Source: Chiloscyllium plagiosum (Eukaryota). From it: a stretch of 47,131 nt of DNA. Location of the stretch: NCBI RefSeq assembly GCF_004010195.1, contig NC_057751.1, positions 2,402,904-2,450,034 of the forward strand. The letters run 5' to 3'. Position numbers and translations under genes: made by a program. How positions within the stretch are numbered: the first letter of the stretch is position 1; each line of letters begins with the position of its first letter. The notes beneath the pieces were generated by a model, which was given only the letters and a program-made list of their open reading frames with translations, searched no databases and had not been told where the DNA came from. Shown one piece after another: positions 21,962 through 34,204 of this stretch.

Positions 21962-22213
21962 ACTGCTTCCAGTCTACGTTTACCAGATGCTGTCCAATGA
22001 TAACAGCTTCTTCCCTGCTGCTGTCAGACTTTGTAATGGACCTCGAAAATGTTAATTCTGATCTCTGTCTCTGCACCTTATGTTTGGCTGTAACATGATA
22101 TTCTGTGCTCTGTTCTGTTCCTCTGATGCAGTTTGAGGTACAATCTGCCTGCACAACATGCACAACTGCACTTTTCATTGTATCTCGGTATATGTGATTG
22201 CAATCAATCAATC
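21962..22213 (+). mobile_element. Rex1/Babar-type LINE 3' end
   Basis: NSFFPAAVRLCNG peptide end, 3' UTR TTTTCATTGTATCTCGGTATATGTGA, and (AATC)n tail. Confidence 0.75.
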
Positions 22214-23049
22214 AAACCCTGGAATGCTGAGTTGCCTGCAATGTCCTTCCTCTGACCATGTCTCAGTGATTCCAACAATATCATAATCCCACATGCTGAT
22301 CAATGCTTTAATTTTATCTGCCTTACCAGTAAAGCTCCTGACATTAAAATAGAAACAGTTTAGTTTTTGAGATCTCCCATTTGCCTTATTGTGTTCATGT
22401 CGTCTCTGCCTACTCGACTGTCCTGGCATTCCTTCCATATCTGATGAAACCTTGCTCCAAACCTTACGTCTGCTCCGTGCCAAATCAGTTTAAAACCACC
22501 CCAACATTATAAGGTTAACTTAGCAAGCAACATTGTCTCCCCCTTGTCGATAGCTTTCTCCCAGACCCAAATGAAGTTATGTTTTCAAAGGAGCTAATTT
22601 AATTTGACTGCCTTGAGTTAACAAAAGAGTCAGTTGGTTCGATTCTAAACGTGAGAATAAATAGCAGTGCAACACACAGACACAGATATTACAGATGAGA
22701 AGTAAGTCTAAAAGAAGATAAATATCAAAACATATGTAGATCAGTGGGTTGCTTATGAAGAAGTCAATCGTTGAGCATCATCCTGTTGAAAAGCCGATTG
22801 CAGGAAACTTGGCTTTACAGAATAGTTGAAAGCCTTTTGCCCTGTTCCTTTTTGAGTGGCTTGCTGATGAGCATTCTCGCACTTGAGGTGAGAAATACCC
22901 GTATCTGCAACATAAGTATGACTTATGGGTAGTTCTTTAAATATAATCTTCACAGCACGCATGCTTGATCCTAACTTGCACATCTACATACCCCAGCTGA
23001 CTGGCACACCTTCTTGTACAGACTGTGACAATGCTGCTCCATTAACAAG

Positions 23050-23671
23050 GTTATGTTGTCCTTGTTTCTTTTTCAGAGTGGTCATAAAGACACAGGCTTC
23101 AGTTTGGAGGGATTTTAAGTCAATTTAATTATAGCTAACAGATACTGCCTCGAGGAAAACCTTTCAAGTTTTAAAAATAAACACTGTTACAATGAAAGGG
23201 GAGTGACCAGTTTTCCCAGCTCAGCTTTTCTCTGATCTAGTTTGGTCTGGCTGTTCAGAGAAAGCAGTCAGTCAGATTCGAGGCTGCTGGTCAAAGAAAC
23301 AGTGACGTGGGAGAAGGTATTCCATGCTGAACCTCTCGGACATCTTTCCTGTAAGACCCTGTGTTTGATTTTACCTTTTGTGACAAGGGGTGTTTGTGGG
23401 GATTATTGCAAGTAGTTGGAACAGCATCATTAACTTGGGATAGTCTGTTGGGTTTTCAGTTAGGTTACATTATTCAATACTCTGTTCTCTTTTGTTTGTG
23501 TTTCTTTTGGTAATCTTGGAAAGAAATTCTGTTTTGTTTAAAACTAAGTGGTTGGGCCAGCTGCATCACTCCTGGCATATCCACCTCGCACCTGCTTAAA
23601 ACAGCTATCAAAGTTAGGGTCTGGGCTACTTTGTTGAAATGTTTTGAAGAGGTCTGGCCTGGTCGATAACA
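23050..23671 (+). mobile_element. LTR fragment, same family as 30012-30359
   Basis: Shares TGTCCTTG…TTTTCAGAG(T/G)GGTCATAAA, ACAATGAAAGGGGA and the terminal …ATAACA with 30012-30359; no clean TSD. Confidence 0.6.
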
Positions 23672-26317
23672 ATACACACCTCCTTCAACAACACACACAA
23701 GGTTGATAGGCTACTATCTCAAACAGATCAGAGTTGGACTGGTTTTTGACTCTGGTTCTTGTCTAATCTTGAAAGAGAAAGACACAAAAGTTTCCCTTGC
23801 CCAGACTGCTGAATTTTCTTCAATCATGTTCACAGTCTTCTGAGATTCCTCCCAGGAGATTACACTTCAGTGTGTATGTATTTCTCTCTTTTATAACCAT
23901 CCTTTGAGCTTCTTTATCACCTTGTCAGATGTGACATTCCAGGGACTTTCTAGCCAACCACTGAATTTATGTTCATCATAGTCATTTGGCTTTATGCCAA
24001 ATATGTGTTTTTGTAAAAGGTAAAGATGTATGTGAATACTTGATATCTCTGTTATCATGACATCCGTCACCACTTTTTTAGGGCAGCTCAGGATGGGGAA
24101 TAATTGTGAGCAAGGGCCACATTCCAAAAATGAATAAGGAAAAATCAAATGTGCTGACAGCTCTGCATTGAAAAAATCTCTCTTATCGATTTAAGATTAG
24201 TTATACTGAAAGGGCTGGACAAGGACCTTCAGCGGATCACACCACCACAGAGATATTATGGTACAGAAGAGGGCATTTTGGTCTATACCAGCTGTCTGCA
24301 GGTTAATCCTCTGAGTCCCACTTCCCTCATTCTCTCCACCTAACTATGCAAGTTTATTTTCCTCAAGTGCTTATCCAGTTTTCTTTTGGAATCATTGTTC
24401 ATATCTGCTTGTACCTCGTGTATGGGCAGGAAGTTCCAGGTCAATCTTGCATTCCCATTCCATATGTAAAAATGTTCATCCTTCTGTCACTTCTGCACCT
24501 TCTGCCCACATTCTTTCATATCTGTCCCCTATTAACTCAGGAAACATTTGTTCCTTGCCGAGTTCTAAATAGGTCATGATGCAAAGAAGGGCTTTCAACA
24601 GAATGGCGAAGTTATCCATCATGTTGATGGAACAATACTCCCACCTGAGCTTCAGTGACTGCCAGTTGTTGAAATGTAAAGTTGAAAAGCATTGCGTCCA
24701 GAGAAGGAATACTTTAGAAGCAGAACAGTATGGGTTTTTACACTGAGAGTTGGAGAGATGAGATATTGGTAAGTAGAATTTGTCAGAGGTTGTGAGCATT
24801 AGATATCTTGCAAGAGGATCACAGGTTATTGGGAACAAGGACAAGGCAGGGGTGTTAAACAAATATTTTGCATCAGTCTTTACAGCGGGAGATACTTCGA
24901 GCATCCCATTAATCCTAAAGAATACAAGGAAGGAATGAAGTACTATCACCTTCATGAAGGACGTAGTAACAGACAAACACATGAGCCTAAAGATAGGCCA
25001 TTCAGCCCAATGATTTTGCTCCGCCATTCAATCATGACTGATGGCTTGCGTCCTAGGATCCTAAAAGAGGTAGCTGCAGAAATAGTGAATGCAATGTTTG
25101 TAATTTTTCAGATTCAGAAATGCCAGAGGATAAGGAAAACTACTGAAATGCCACCCTTATTCGGAAAGAGAGGGAGACAAAAGGCACATCTTTGTAGAAT
25201 AATTAGCTAAACATTTATTGTTGGAAAACTATTGGAGTAAATTACTAAGGAAGTGATAGAAGAACATTTAGTAAATCATAATCTAATCAGCATGATTCCA
25301 TGAAAGAAATTGTGTTTTTTGAGGAAGTCTCAATTAGAATGGATGGAGGGGAACCAGTGGATGCATTGCATTCTGACTTGCAAAGGGGTTCGGTGAGGAA
25401 CATCATGAAAAGTTTAAGTCATAAGATAGAAGTCTGCAGTGTGGTGGTTTGATGGGGAGCAGGCAGCAAAGTGGAGTTGAGACCAGGTTCAATGGTGGAA
25501 CGGGCTCGAAGAGCTGAATTGCCCACTCCCGCTCCTAATTCCTTTGTTCCTTTGGAATAGTTGGAGAATTGGCTGATGGGTAGAAAACAGTAGACGGGGA
25601 AAATGGGTTCTTTTTCAGCTTGGTCACCCATGACCAGTGGAGCTCCATAGGGATCAGTTCTGGGACAACAACTGTTTTCAATGTATATTGATGACTTGGA
25701 GGCAGGAAGCGAATATTTGATTTGATGTGATTAAGTGTCACATGTACCTAAGTACAGTGAAAAGCTTTGTTTGTGAGCAGCACAAGCAGATCAGAGTAAG
25801 CAAGGGCATACAGATCATAGGGAGAAAAAGACTTAGACAAAATGAGGCAGACACATTGTACTGCACAGGAGGTGCATAAGGCAAGAGCAACATTATTTGA
25901 GTTTAGAGAGTCTAATATTGGCAGGCAAGAAACTTTTTCAACATGCTAGTGCATATGTTGAAGCTTCTGTATTTTCTGCCTGACGGAAGGGGTTACCGGA
26001 GAGCATGGCTGGGGTGGGATGGATCTTTGATGATGTTGGCAGCCTGTACATGGCAATGAGAGGTGTAAATGGAGTCCATGGATGGGAGGTTGGCTTTTGT
26101 GATGGTCTGGGCTGTGCACACAACCTTCTTCAGTTTCTTACAGTACTGGGCAGAACAATTGCCAAAACAGAGCATTATACATTGGGATAGTATGCTTTCT
26201 CTGGTGCATCTGTAAAAGTTGTTGAGGATCTTTATGGACATGACAAATTTCCTGAGGTGCCTGAGAAAGAAGAGATAAAAACAAATTACTGCAGATACTG
26301 GAATGTGCATTATTATC

Positions 26318-26582
26318 ATGTCATAGACATGTACAGCATGGAAACAAACCCTTTGGCCTAACTCGTCAATGCCGACCAGATATCCCAACCCAATCTAGTC
26401 CCACCTGCCAGCATCTGATCCATATCTCTCTAAACTCTTCCTATTCATATACCCATCCAGATGCCTTTGAAATGTCGCAATTGTACTAGCCTCCACCACT
26501 TCTTCTGACAGCTCATTCCATACACATACCATCCTCTGCGTGCAAGGGTTGCCCCTTAGATCTCTTTTATATCGTTCCCCTC
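26318..26582 (-). mobile_element. CR1 (HER1-like) 3' end nested in the Rex1 element
   Basis: Near-identical reverse complement of ~55-325. Confidence 0.9.
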
Positions 26583-27346
26583 TTGTTATTGTGCCTTCTT
26601 GAATGTCACATCTACATGGGAAGGCCAGACAAGTTGTCAGTTATCATCATTCTGAAAAACTTGACTCTGTCAACACTCTCAACCTCCACTCCGTTGATAT
26701 GGATAGGGCCATATCCTTCCCCTTTCTTTCTGAAGTCAATGATCAGTTCTTCAGTTTTGCCAACTTTGAGAGAGAGGTTGTTATCATTGCATCACATCAC
26801 CAAGCTCTCCACATCCTTTCTGTATTCTGACTCATCATTGTTTGATGTCTGTCCTACCACGATGGTTTCATCAGCAAAGTTGGAGATGGCGTTCGTTCAG
26901 AATTTGGCTACAAAGTCGTGGGTGTACAGGAAGTACAGCAAGGGGCTGAGATCTTTGGGCAGCGCCAGTAGTGCATGTTATCTTGGAGGAGGTTCAGTTG
27001 TCTGTCTTCACTGATCTGCGGATCAGGAAGCTGAGGATCCAGTTGCAGAGGGCAGAGCTGAGACCAAGAGTTTTGAGATCAGTCTAGAGAGAATAATGGT
27101 GTTAAAGGTTGACCTGCAGTCGATGAGCAGGACTCTGACGTAGGTGGGCCCTTGTCATCCAGATGTTCCAAGGACGTGTGTACGGCTGGGGAAATGGCAT
27201 CCACTGCAGACCTGTTAAATCAGAAGGCAACTTGCAGGGGATCGAGGCAGAGTTGATGTGGGCCATCGCCAGCCATTCAAAGCACTTCATGATTATGGAA
27301 GTAACAGTCACAGAACAGTAAGCATTAAGGCCCGTTGCATGTGTTT

Positions 27347-27906
27347 TAGACCATAAGACATAGGAGCAGAAATTAGGCCATTCAGAGTCTAATCCTCCAT
27401 TCAATCATGACTGATAGCCTTTTCAACCCCATTTCCTGCTTTCTCTCCATAACCTTTGATCCCCTTGGCAATTAAGAACTTATCTATCTCTGTTTTAAAT
27501 ATACTTAGTGATTTGGCCTCCTCACCTTCCGTAGCAATAAATTCCACAGATTCACCACTCTGGCTAAAGAGGTTTCTCCTTATCTCCATACTACAGTCTT
27601 CCCTGTTGTCTAAGACTGTGCCCTTGGGTCCAGATTTCTCCTGCCGATGGAAACATCCACTTTCCAACACCCACTCTGTCCACGCCGTTCAGTATTCTGC
27701 AAGTTTCAATCAAATCCCCGCTCATCCTTTTCAACTCCATGGTGTATAGTCCCAAAGACCTCAAACATTCCACATATGTTAAGCCTTTCATTCCTGGGAT
27801 CATTCTTGTGAACCTCCTCTGGACCCACTTCAGGGCCAGTACATCTTTCCTGAGGTATAGACCTAAAATTGCTCACAGTACTCTAAATGTGGTCTGACTG
27901 GAGCCG
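27347..27906 (-). mobile_element. CR1 3' fragment nested in the Rex1 element
   Basis: MIPGMKGLTYVECLRSLGLYTMELKRMSGDLIET and IFKTEIDKFLI; (CATAAGAC) tail. Confidence 0.88.
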
Positions 27907-30011
27907 TAGAAATACATTACCTTTCTCAGGTATTGAGATAATGGTGGACTTCTTGAAGCAGATGGGGGCTTTAGCTTGTGGGAGGGAGAGTTGAATATGT
28001 CAGTGAATACCTTTGCTAGCTGATCCGCACAGGAGCTAAGTGGACGGCTGGGTCTCCGTCCAGGCCTGGTGCTTTCCTTGGGTTGCCACTCCGGAAGACG
28101 GATCTGACATCTGCAGCGCTAATGGAGGCAACAGGTACGTAAGGGGCTGTCAGGATGGGTGACACTGTGCCGCTGGAATTCTGGTGGAACTGAGCACAGA
28201 AAGCATTGAGCATCTTTGTCCGCTATCTTGCTCTGCTTCATTTTGTATCCCATAATGTTGTTTAAGCCTGGTCGCAGGCAGCAGGATTCCTTATGGTTGG
28301 TTTGGGCCTCTAACTTGATCCGGTACAGCCTCTTAGCATCTCTAATAGCTTTGTGGAGGTCACATCTGGATTTTCTGTATGGGTCTGCGTCATCTGACTT
28401 GAATGCAATACGCCTGGTCTTCAGTAGGCAATCAATTTCCTGGTTCATCCAAGGTTTTTGGTTGGGGAACAACTGGATTGACTTCTTTGGCATGGAGTCC
28501 TCCAAGCACTTACTAATGAAGTCCGTGACGGTAGTGTTGGTGTACCTGTCTAGGTTTTCTGCTGGCTGCTTGAATATGGTCCACTCCATCAATTCCAGCG
28601 GAGACACTCTTCCATTGCCTTGGGACCAGTATTGTATTTCTTTCTATGAAGGATCCTCCCGTTTTGGCTTCTGCTTGTAAGCTAGGAGGAGGAACACAGT
28701 GTTATGATCTGATTTTCCGAATTGTGGACGGGGTGATAGAGCAGTTAGCATCTTTGACGGTTGCATAGCAGTGATCGAGGATGTTCACTCCTCTAATGGG
28801 CAGATGTTTTGGTGATACTTTGGCAGCACCCTGTTGAGGTTGGCTTGGTTGAAGTCACTGGCCACAATGATAAGGCCTGAGGGAATTTTGTCTCCAGTGT
28901 GTTTGTGGTGGTGTAAATTCCATCCAGAGCATTCTTCACATCTGCATGGAGTGATATGTAGGCTGTTGTCAGAATGGCGGAGGTGAATTCATGTGGCATT
29001 TGGTAGGGATGGCATTTTACTGTAAGGTATTCTTGGTCTGGGGAGCAGTCACTCACCAGAGTTGCCATGTCTGAGCACCAGGAGGTGTTGATCAGGAAGT
29101 ATAAACCTCCAAACTTTGCCTTACCCAAGGACACCATGTTTTAGACGCACACCAGGGACAGTTTTCTGTCTGGTTTATTTGTATTCAAGGTTTCTAGTTC
29201 AATATCATGACACTGGGAACAGGCTGGGCTGGGTTCTTCATTCTCTGCACGGCAGCCATGTGTATGGAGAACCCTCAGCTTGTAAGGTGCAGTCAGGTAT
29301 GGCAGGAGTGAGCCACGTCTCTGTGAAACACAGCAGTCTCTCAGTTCTTTCTGGAAGGTAAGTCTAGATCTGAGTCCATCTAATTTGTTTTCAATAGCCT
29401 GCGCATGTGCTATGAGTATGCTGGGGGGGGTGGGGGTGGGGGGGCGGTCTTGAAACTTGTTTTAGTCTCAGCTGTAGCCAGTGTGTCTTCCCTGTTTTCT
29501 TGCAGGTTTCCTGCATCTGGATGGTCCCAATAGTGCGAGTCGGTTGCTTCAGAAGGTAAGTGAGCTTGATCTGGCAGGCTGTGCTTCCCCCGGGGCTGGA
29601 CACTGCAAGGTTGTAGTTCTGGCCTGGGCTTGTCTGGCCTCATCAGGAACGGGTCACAGTGGTGGGATTTTTTGCTCCTGGTCGTCTCCTGTAGCCAAAT
29701 TTGCAGATGACACAAAAATAGGTGAAAAAGCAGCTTGCATGAAGGATATAAACATTTTATAGACAGATACTTAAGGGTTAAGTAAGTGGGCAAATAGCTG
29801 GCAAATGGAATAACATGTTGGAATATGTGAAGTGGTTGATTTTGGAAGGGACAAGAAGAGAACAGAATATAATTTAAATGGAGAAAAGCTGCCAAAAGCT
29901 CCAATACAAGGAGACTTGGGGATACATGTCCATGAAAGGCAGAAAGCTGTCCTACAGGCGAATGGAATATTGGCCCTCATTTCAAAGGGTTGGAGGATAA
30001 GAGGATGGAAG

Positions 30012-30359
30012 TGTCATAAAGCTGGTCCCTTTTTTCTAAAAGCTGTTGCTTTTCTCAAGGATACTGTGTCCTTGATTGTTTTCAGAGGGGTCATAAATGG
30101 GCTGGGCTCTAATTAGATTAGTTTGGTACAGAGATAAAAGGGGTTTTGAGAGGCCTTTTGTTTATATGTAAATAGATGAGACTTTAGACCAAAGTGGTCA
30201 TGTTTTAGAAGTGATCTGTACAATGAAAGGGGAATGGTCAGCTCTCTAGCTGACCAGTTCAGTCCAGAACTAGAGAGGAATTCAGCTGTGTGTGAACAGG
30301 CTGCAAAAATACTCTGCCTGCTCAAGTATGTTTTGAATGGTCCAACCTAGTCCATAACA
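30012..30359 (+). mobile_element. Solo LTR (348 bp) inserted in CR1
   Basis: TGTCATA…CATAACA termini with a perfect 4-bp TSD GAAG (30008-30011, 30360-30363). Confidence 0.85.
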
Positions 30360-30603
30360 GAAGTCTTACTGCAGCAAGACAAGGTGCTGGTGAGACCACA
30401 GCCACAATACTGTGAACACGTTTGGTCCCCTTATTAATTGAAAGATATCATTTCATTGGAGGCAGTTCAGTGAAGGTCACGAGCGTGATGCCCCGGTATG
30501 GAGGGATTGTACTATGAGCAAAAGCTAAACAGGTTAGGACTCCAGTCACGAGTTTGAGAGATGATCTCATTGAAATACAGAAGATCCTTGTGGGGTTTGA
30601 CAA

Positions 30604-30941
30604 GGTGGCACAATGGTGAGCACTGCTGCCTCAAAACTCTAGGGACCTGGGTTCGATTCTACCCACAGGCAAATGTCTGTGTGGAGTTTGCTCATTCTCC
30701 CCATGTTTGCGTGGGTTCCTCTGATTTCCTCACACATTCCAAAGATATGCAGGTAAGGTGGATTGGCCATGGGAAATTACCCATAATATAAAGAGATGTG
30801 CAGGCTCAGTAGATTTACCAGGGTACGTGTGGAGTTACAGGTATTGGCTGAGGGAGGGAGTCTGGGAGGGATATTCTTTGGAGGGTCAGTGTGGACTCGA
30901 TAGGCCGAATGGACTGCTTCCACACTATTGGGATTCTGTGA
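30604..30941 (+). mobile_element. tRNA-derived V-SINE (HE1-like) inserted in CR1
   Basis: GGTGGCACAATGGTGAGCAC…GGTTCGATTC head, V-domain and CR1-like tail. Confidence 0.88.
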
Positions 30942-31589
30942 AATGCTGAGAGGATGTTTCCCCTCATGAGAGAGTCTTGGATCAGAGGCCATAGTCTCAG
31001 AATAAAGGGTCACTAATTTAAGACTGAGTTGAGGAGGAATTTCTTCTCTCCGAAGGTTGTGAGACTTTGGAACTCTTTGTTACAGAGAGCTGTGGGGAGC
31101 AGAGCTCTTGGGTATATTTAAAGCTATGATTGATAGAATCTTGATCAGCTGGGCATAAGGGAATTAGGGATTACAAAGAAAATGTAAGAAGTTGGATATG
31201 AGGAATGTCAGATCAGCCATGAAGCTATTGAATGGTGGAGCAGGCCTCAAGGGGCGGAACTGCCCAGTTCTATTCCCTTTTATTACGGTCTTATGATAAC
31301 TGAACTCAAGAAAGAGTGAACCTTTTGTTCCAGCTTTAGCAAGATTTCTGTGGAGAAAGCTTGTTGTTTTTTTTTAATTTGAGCATACAGTTAGGTGTAT
31401 ACAGCAGAATGATTAAGACATGATAAAGTTAAGGAAGCCAACCCAACACATGTTCTATATTGGAGACGATTCAGATTGTGCAAAGTACAGAGGACCACAA
31501 AACATTGAATAATGTCGCCTGACCATTAATCACCAAATAATGGTGGAGCTCCCCTGAAGACAAGATGTGCTCTCTGGTGTGCTCCAGAC

Positions 31590-32200
31590 ATCACAGTCTA
31601 GTCAACATGTTCACTACATTGATGCAAAGTACCAAGTGGGAGAAATTTAAGACATCAGGATCCAGTCATCTGCTGATCCTCTCTAAAACATTCAGGTCAA
31701 CCTTTTGAGATTGTTCAGGTAATGAAGGAAACTGCTGCCAGTCCACTGGTGTATGTTAGCTGCGGAAAGCACGAGAAATAAATAACGTGGACTGCATTGA
31801 GTGTCTCTGGGGAGGAGACAGATACAGCATTTCATTGGGATAAATGTGTGTTGTTTTTAAACAGTTAAATCTAGTTTGTTGGCCATGCAAATCTAAGATG
31901 AGAAATTCTTTGAGTTGTATGCAATAATGGGCAAGGTGGATGAAGTTGTGATCCTATCACAAACCATTTCAGAACTGTAGTTATTTTCTATTGCTATGTA
32001 CTACCCATCCATTCTGAAGTGAAAAATTGAATCAGTAACACATAACTAGCGAGGCGGGAGTGTGATGTGAATAGAATATTAAAAGCAGCCAAACTGATGC
32101 GACTGAACACGGCAAAGGATTTAGCAGTCAGACTTGAAATAGAACAAATTGATGAGAAGATGAGGCCTCCAGTGGCTTAACATGATGACACTGAGTTACA
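31590..32200 (+). pseudogene. Highly degenerate Gypsy pol (RT C-half to RNase H)
   Basis: Ordered motif remnants: FTTLMQSTKWEKFK (31610), DKCVLF…FVGH (31839-31886), GKVDEV…TISEL*LFSIAMYY (~31930-32004), TDATEHG (32093), RPPVA* (32163). Confidence 0.6.
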
Positions 32201-32214
32201 TTGTATGTTCTGGA

Positions 32215-32985
32215 GGTCAATACCCATTCAATGTTGCATGACCCTTTATCTCCAGTTTAGTGTTGAACTCTTATTCTTCAAGTCTGTTCAGGTTGTTAGT
32301 CATGTTATTATTTCCTGGGGCATTGTTGTGAATGGAGATTGCAATGCAGGATCAGTGTGGTGTCCACAGAAGTGGCAGTTCATGTCTTTATTGTATTGCT
32401 TGAGGTATCTTCCTCAGCTGTGGCACCTATGGCCTTTCTCTCGGCACGAAAATTATCACATGTCTGGCATCATTGGTCCTGGCAATATACTGAACCAAGT
32501 TTCAGTGCTTGTCTCCACAGAGATGGTTTGCTGCACTGTTTTCTCAGACAGGTGTTGCGGAAGTTTGTCTTTTTTACTCTGGTGCCCTTATCATTTGTAC
32601 CGACCACCATGATGGTGTTTGGTCTGAGACGGTTCGCGAATGAAGTTCTGCTTGGGGTCTTCAGTATTTATCCCTGTGGGGATGTGGCCTGCTCATCTAA
32701 ATTAAAATTTTCTGGAGGGTGGTTTTCATGCTGTCGAGTCCAAAATTGACTTCGGTTTTCTCCTGCCATTGAACTCTTCGGATAGCTCCTCGATGCCTTT
32801 AATAGATGTAATGCAGAGCTTTGATATGGCACCCTAAGATTAATGCCTCCTCTGTCACCCAGGAAAAAGCTATTTTGGTTGCTTTTTCCTGGTTGCAGTT
32901 TAATGAACGAGGCAGGAAAACATGAATATTCTAAGATGATATTGTCAGGCTTGGTTTTCAGATCCCAATGTTGACTGGGATGCAA
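32215..32985 (-). pseudogene. Highly degenerate Gypsy gag to protease start
   Basis: HWDLKTKPDNIILEYSCF…LQPGKS resembles the HFxPKPxxIxERxxF…QxPGES gag motif; GI…AIRR, Cys/His knuckle remnants (CREKGH, CHFCGHH), then TKLEIKGH…MGID. Confidence 0.45.
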
Positions 32986-33374
32986 TTAAACAAGAAGTCA
33001 GATGAGACGAGACCAGTGCCTTTCCATAATGCCTTTCACATCTTCAGACCAACCCAAAGTGCTTATAAATCAGGTCCAGTCACTTTTGCTTTGTGACTAA
33101 ATGTACTCGGAGCAATGTCACAAATGGCAGAGATAGAGAGCTGGAGTTCTTTTTTGAGTTTCCACCATTTGGTCTACTCTTCAAAATTTATGTAGATGTT
33201 ATAATCTGCAATAAACATTCACAGGATATGATCTTTTAGATTTGATAAGTGATTCATAAGGGAAGAATACAGAATATTCCATAACTGTTTCCCGATCATT
33301 AAAAGTTTGTTGTTGCCCGTGTAAGGGCAAGAGTATTTCTTAACACTGCCGATCTAAAGCATTCCTGGTTCCTG

Positions 33375-33410
33375 ATTCCTGAAGAAGGGCTTATGCCCGA
33401 AACGTCGATT
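33375..33410 (+). ncRNA. Minimal type-I hammerhead ribozyme motif (core intact)
   Basis: ATTC-CTGAAGA-A-GGGC-TTAT-GCCC-GAAA-CGTC-GATT: 4-bp GC helix II, palindromic ACGT, GUC triplet (predicted cleavage after 33406), short imperfect helix I. Confidence 0.82.
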
Positions 33411-33504
33411 CTCCTGTTCCCTGGATGCTGCCTGACCTGCTGCGCTTTTCCAGCAACACATTTTCAGCTCTGATCTCCAGCATCTGCAGACCTCACTTTC
33501 TCCT
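33375..33504 (+). mobile_element. 130-bp non-coding hammerhead-headed Penelope-derived element, apparently young
   Basis: Perfect 15-bp TSD CATTCCTGGTTCCTG at 33360-33374 and 33505-33519; CpGs retained. Confidence 0.92.
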
Positions 33505-34204
33505 CATTCCTGGTTCCTGGCAGAGTGGAGTGAGGTAAAGACATTTTAATGTATTCAATGGAAGAACATGACTTTCTGCACTACGATGTGTTCTCCTGCT
33601 TCTAAGGCAATTGATATTCTGTTTAATTTCTTCAGCACAAGACAAGTTTGTTGTACATTTACAGTTATTAACAAGGGCAGTAATTAAAAGGTGATCACTG
33701 ATTGAGAAGAATAAAACATGTGAAAAGAATTAATAGAAAATAGTAAGGGATGTCTCTTTTGTCTGAAGGCGTTTTGTGATTTGGAGCTGTTGAAAAGTTA
33801 TGTTTTATTTTGCACTGGTTTGTTTTCAGAGCAGTCAAGGGATGGATGTTTCGCCCATGGCTGAGATGCAGAAAGGCTGTTGTTTGATAGATTCCTGAGC
33901 TTGAAATGATCTGACTGCCTTCTTGACTTCAGTGCATGATAGAGCTGGAAAACACAGTGGGATTCTACTCAATCTCCAAGGGGTGAGTTTCTGCTGTGGG
34001 CATAATCAATGATGCCACTTTTGAAAAGTTTCTTTTTTGAGTTTGTGTTCAGCATTGTTCACATATTGTTCTTTGCAAAATCTGGCATGAACCAATATCA
34101 TCAGGCAGGATTTCGAAAAATCATTTTGCCTTAAAGAATACCTATTTAAGAACAGTAACTTCATGTTCAATGAGAAGTGGAAAACAGACTTACCATTAGA
34201 ACGG

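Larger units (their letters stand above)
21152..22530 (-). mobile_element. CR1 LINE endonuclease-region fragment, interrupted
   Basis: LNCFYFNVRSFTGKADKIKALISMWDYDIVGITETW and GIALLIKEKTI; GGGGACTTCAAC (GDFN) on the minus strand near 21540. Confidence 0.82.
25715..29686 (-). mobile_element. Near full-length decayed Rex1/Babar-type LINE (endonuclease + RT + 3' UTR)
   Basis: GGLYFLINTSWC…EYLTVKCHPY, FPNQKPWMNQEI, TSIIMKCFEWL and ILNNFYRCTRESILSQCI…CTAQTIT; (AAATC)n tail at 25715-25725. Confidence 0.88.
24830..31297 (+). mobile_element. CR1 LINE host, split by nested insertions
   Basis: CR1 RT sequence stops at GAAGCGAATA (~25714) and resumes at CTGTAGCCAAATTTGCAGATGACAC (VAKFADDT, ~29688); it ends in a 3' UTR at ~31297. 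Confidence 0.85.

Noticed and set aside
24476..25027. 183-aa minus-strand ORF; faint Harbinger-transposase-like look at ~24600-24750
   Set aside because: It spans several repeat fragments, and the motif similarity is too weak to call
29423..29447. G8-T-G5-T-G7 run (possible G-quadruplex; poly-Pro in the ORF track)
   Set aside because: Simple G tract inside the Rex1 element with no evidence of function
33830..33982. Plus-strand 153-nt segment with a good acceptor and GTGAGT donor
   Set aside because: Stops in all three frames and opposite strand to the other candidates; cannot be supported without RNA data
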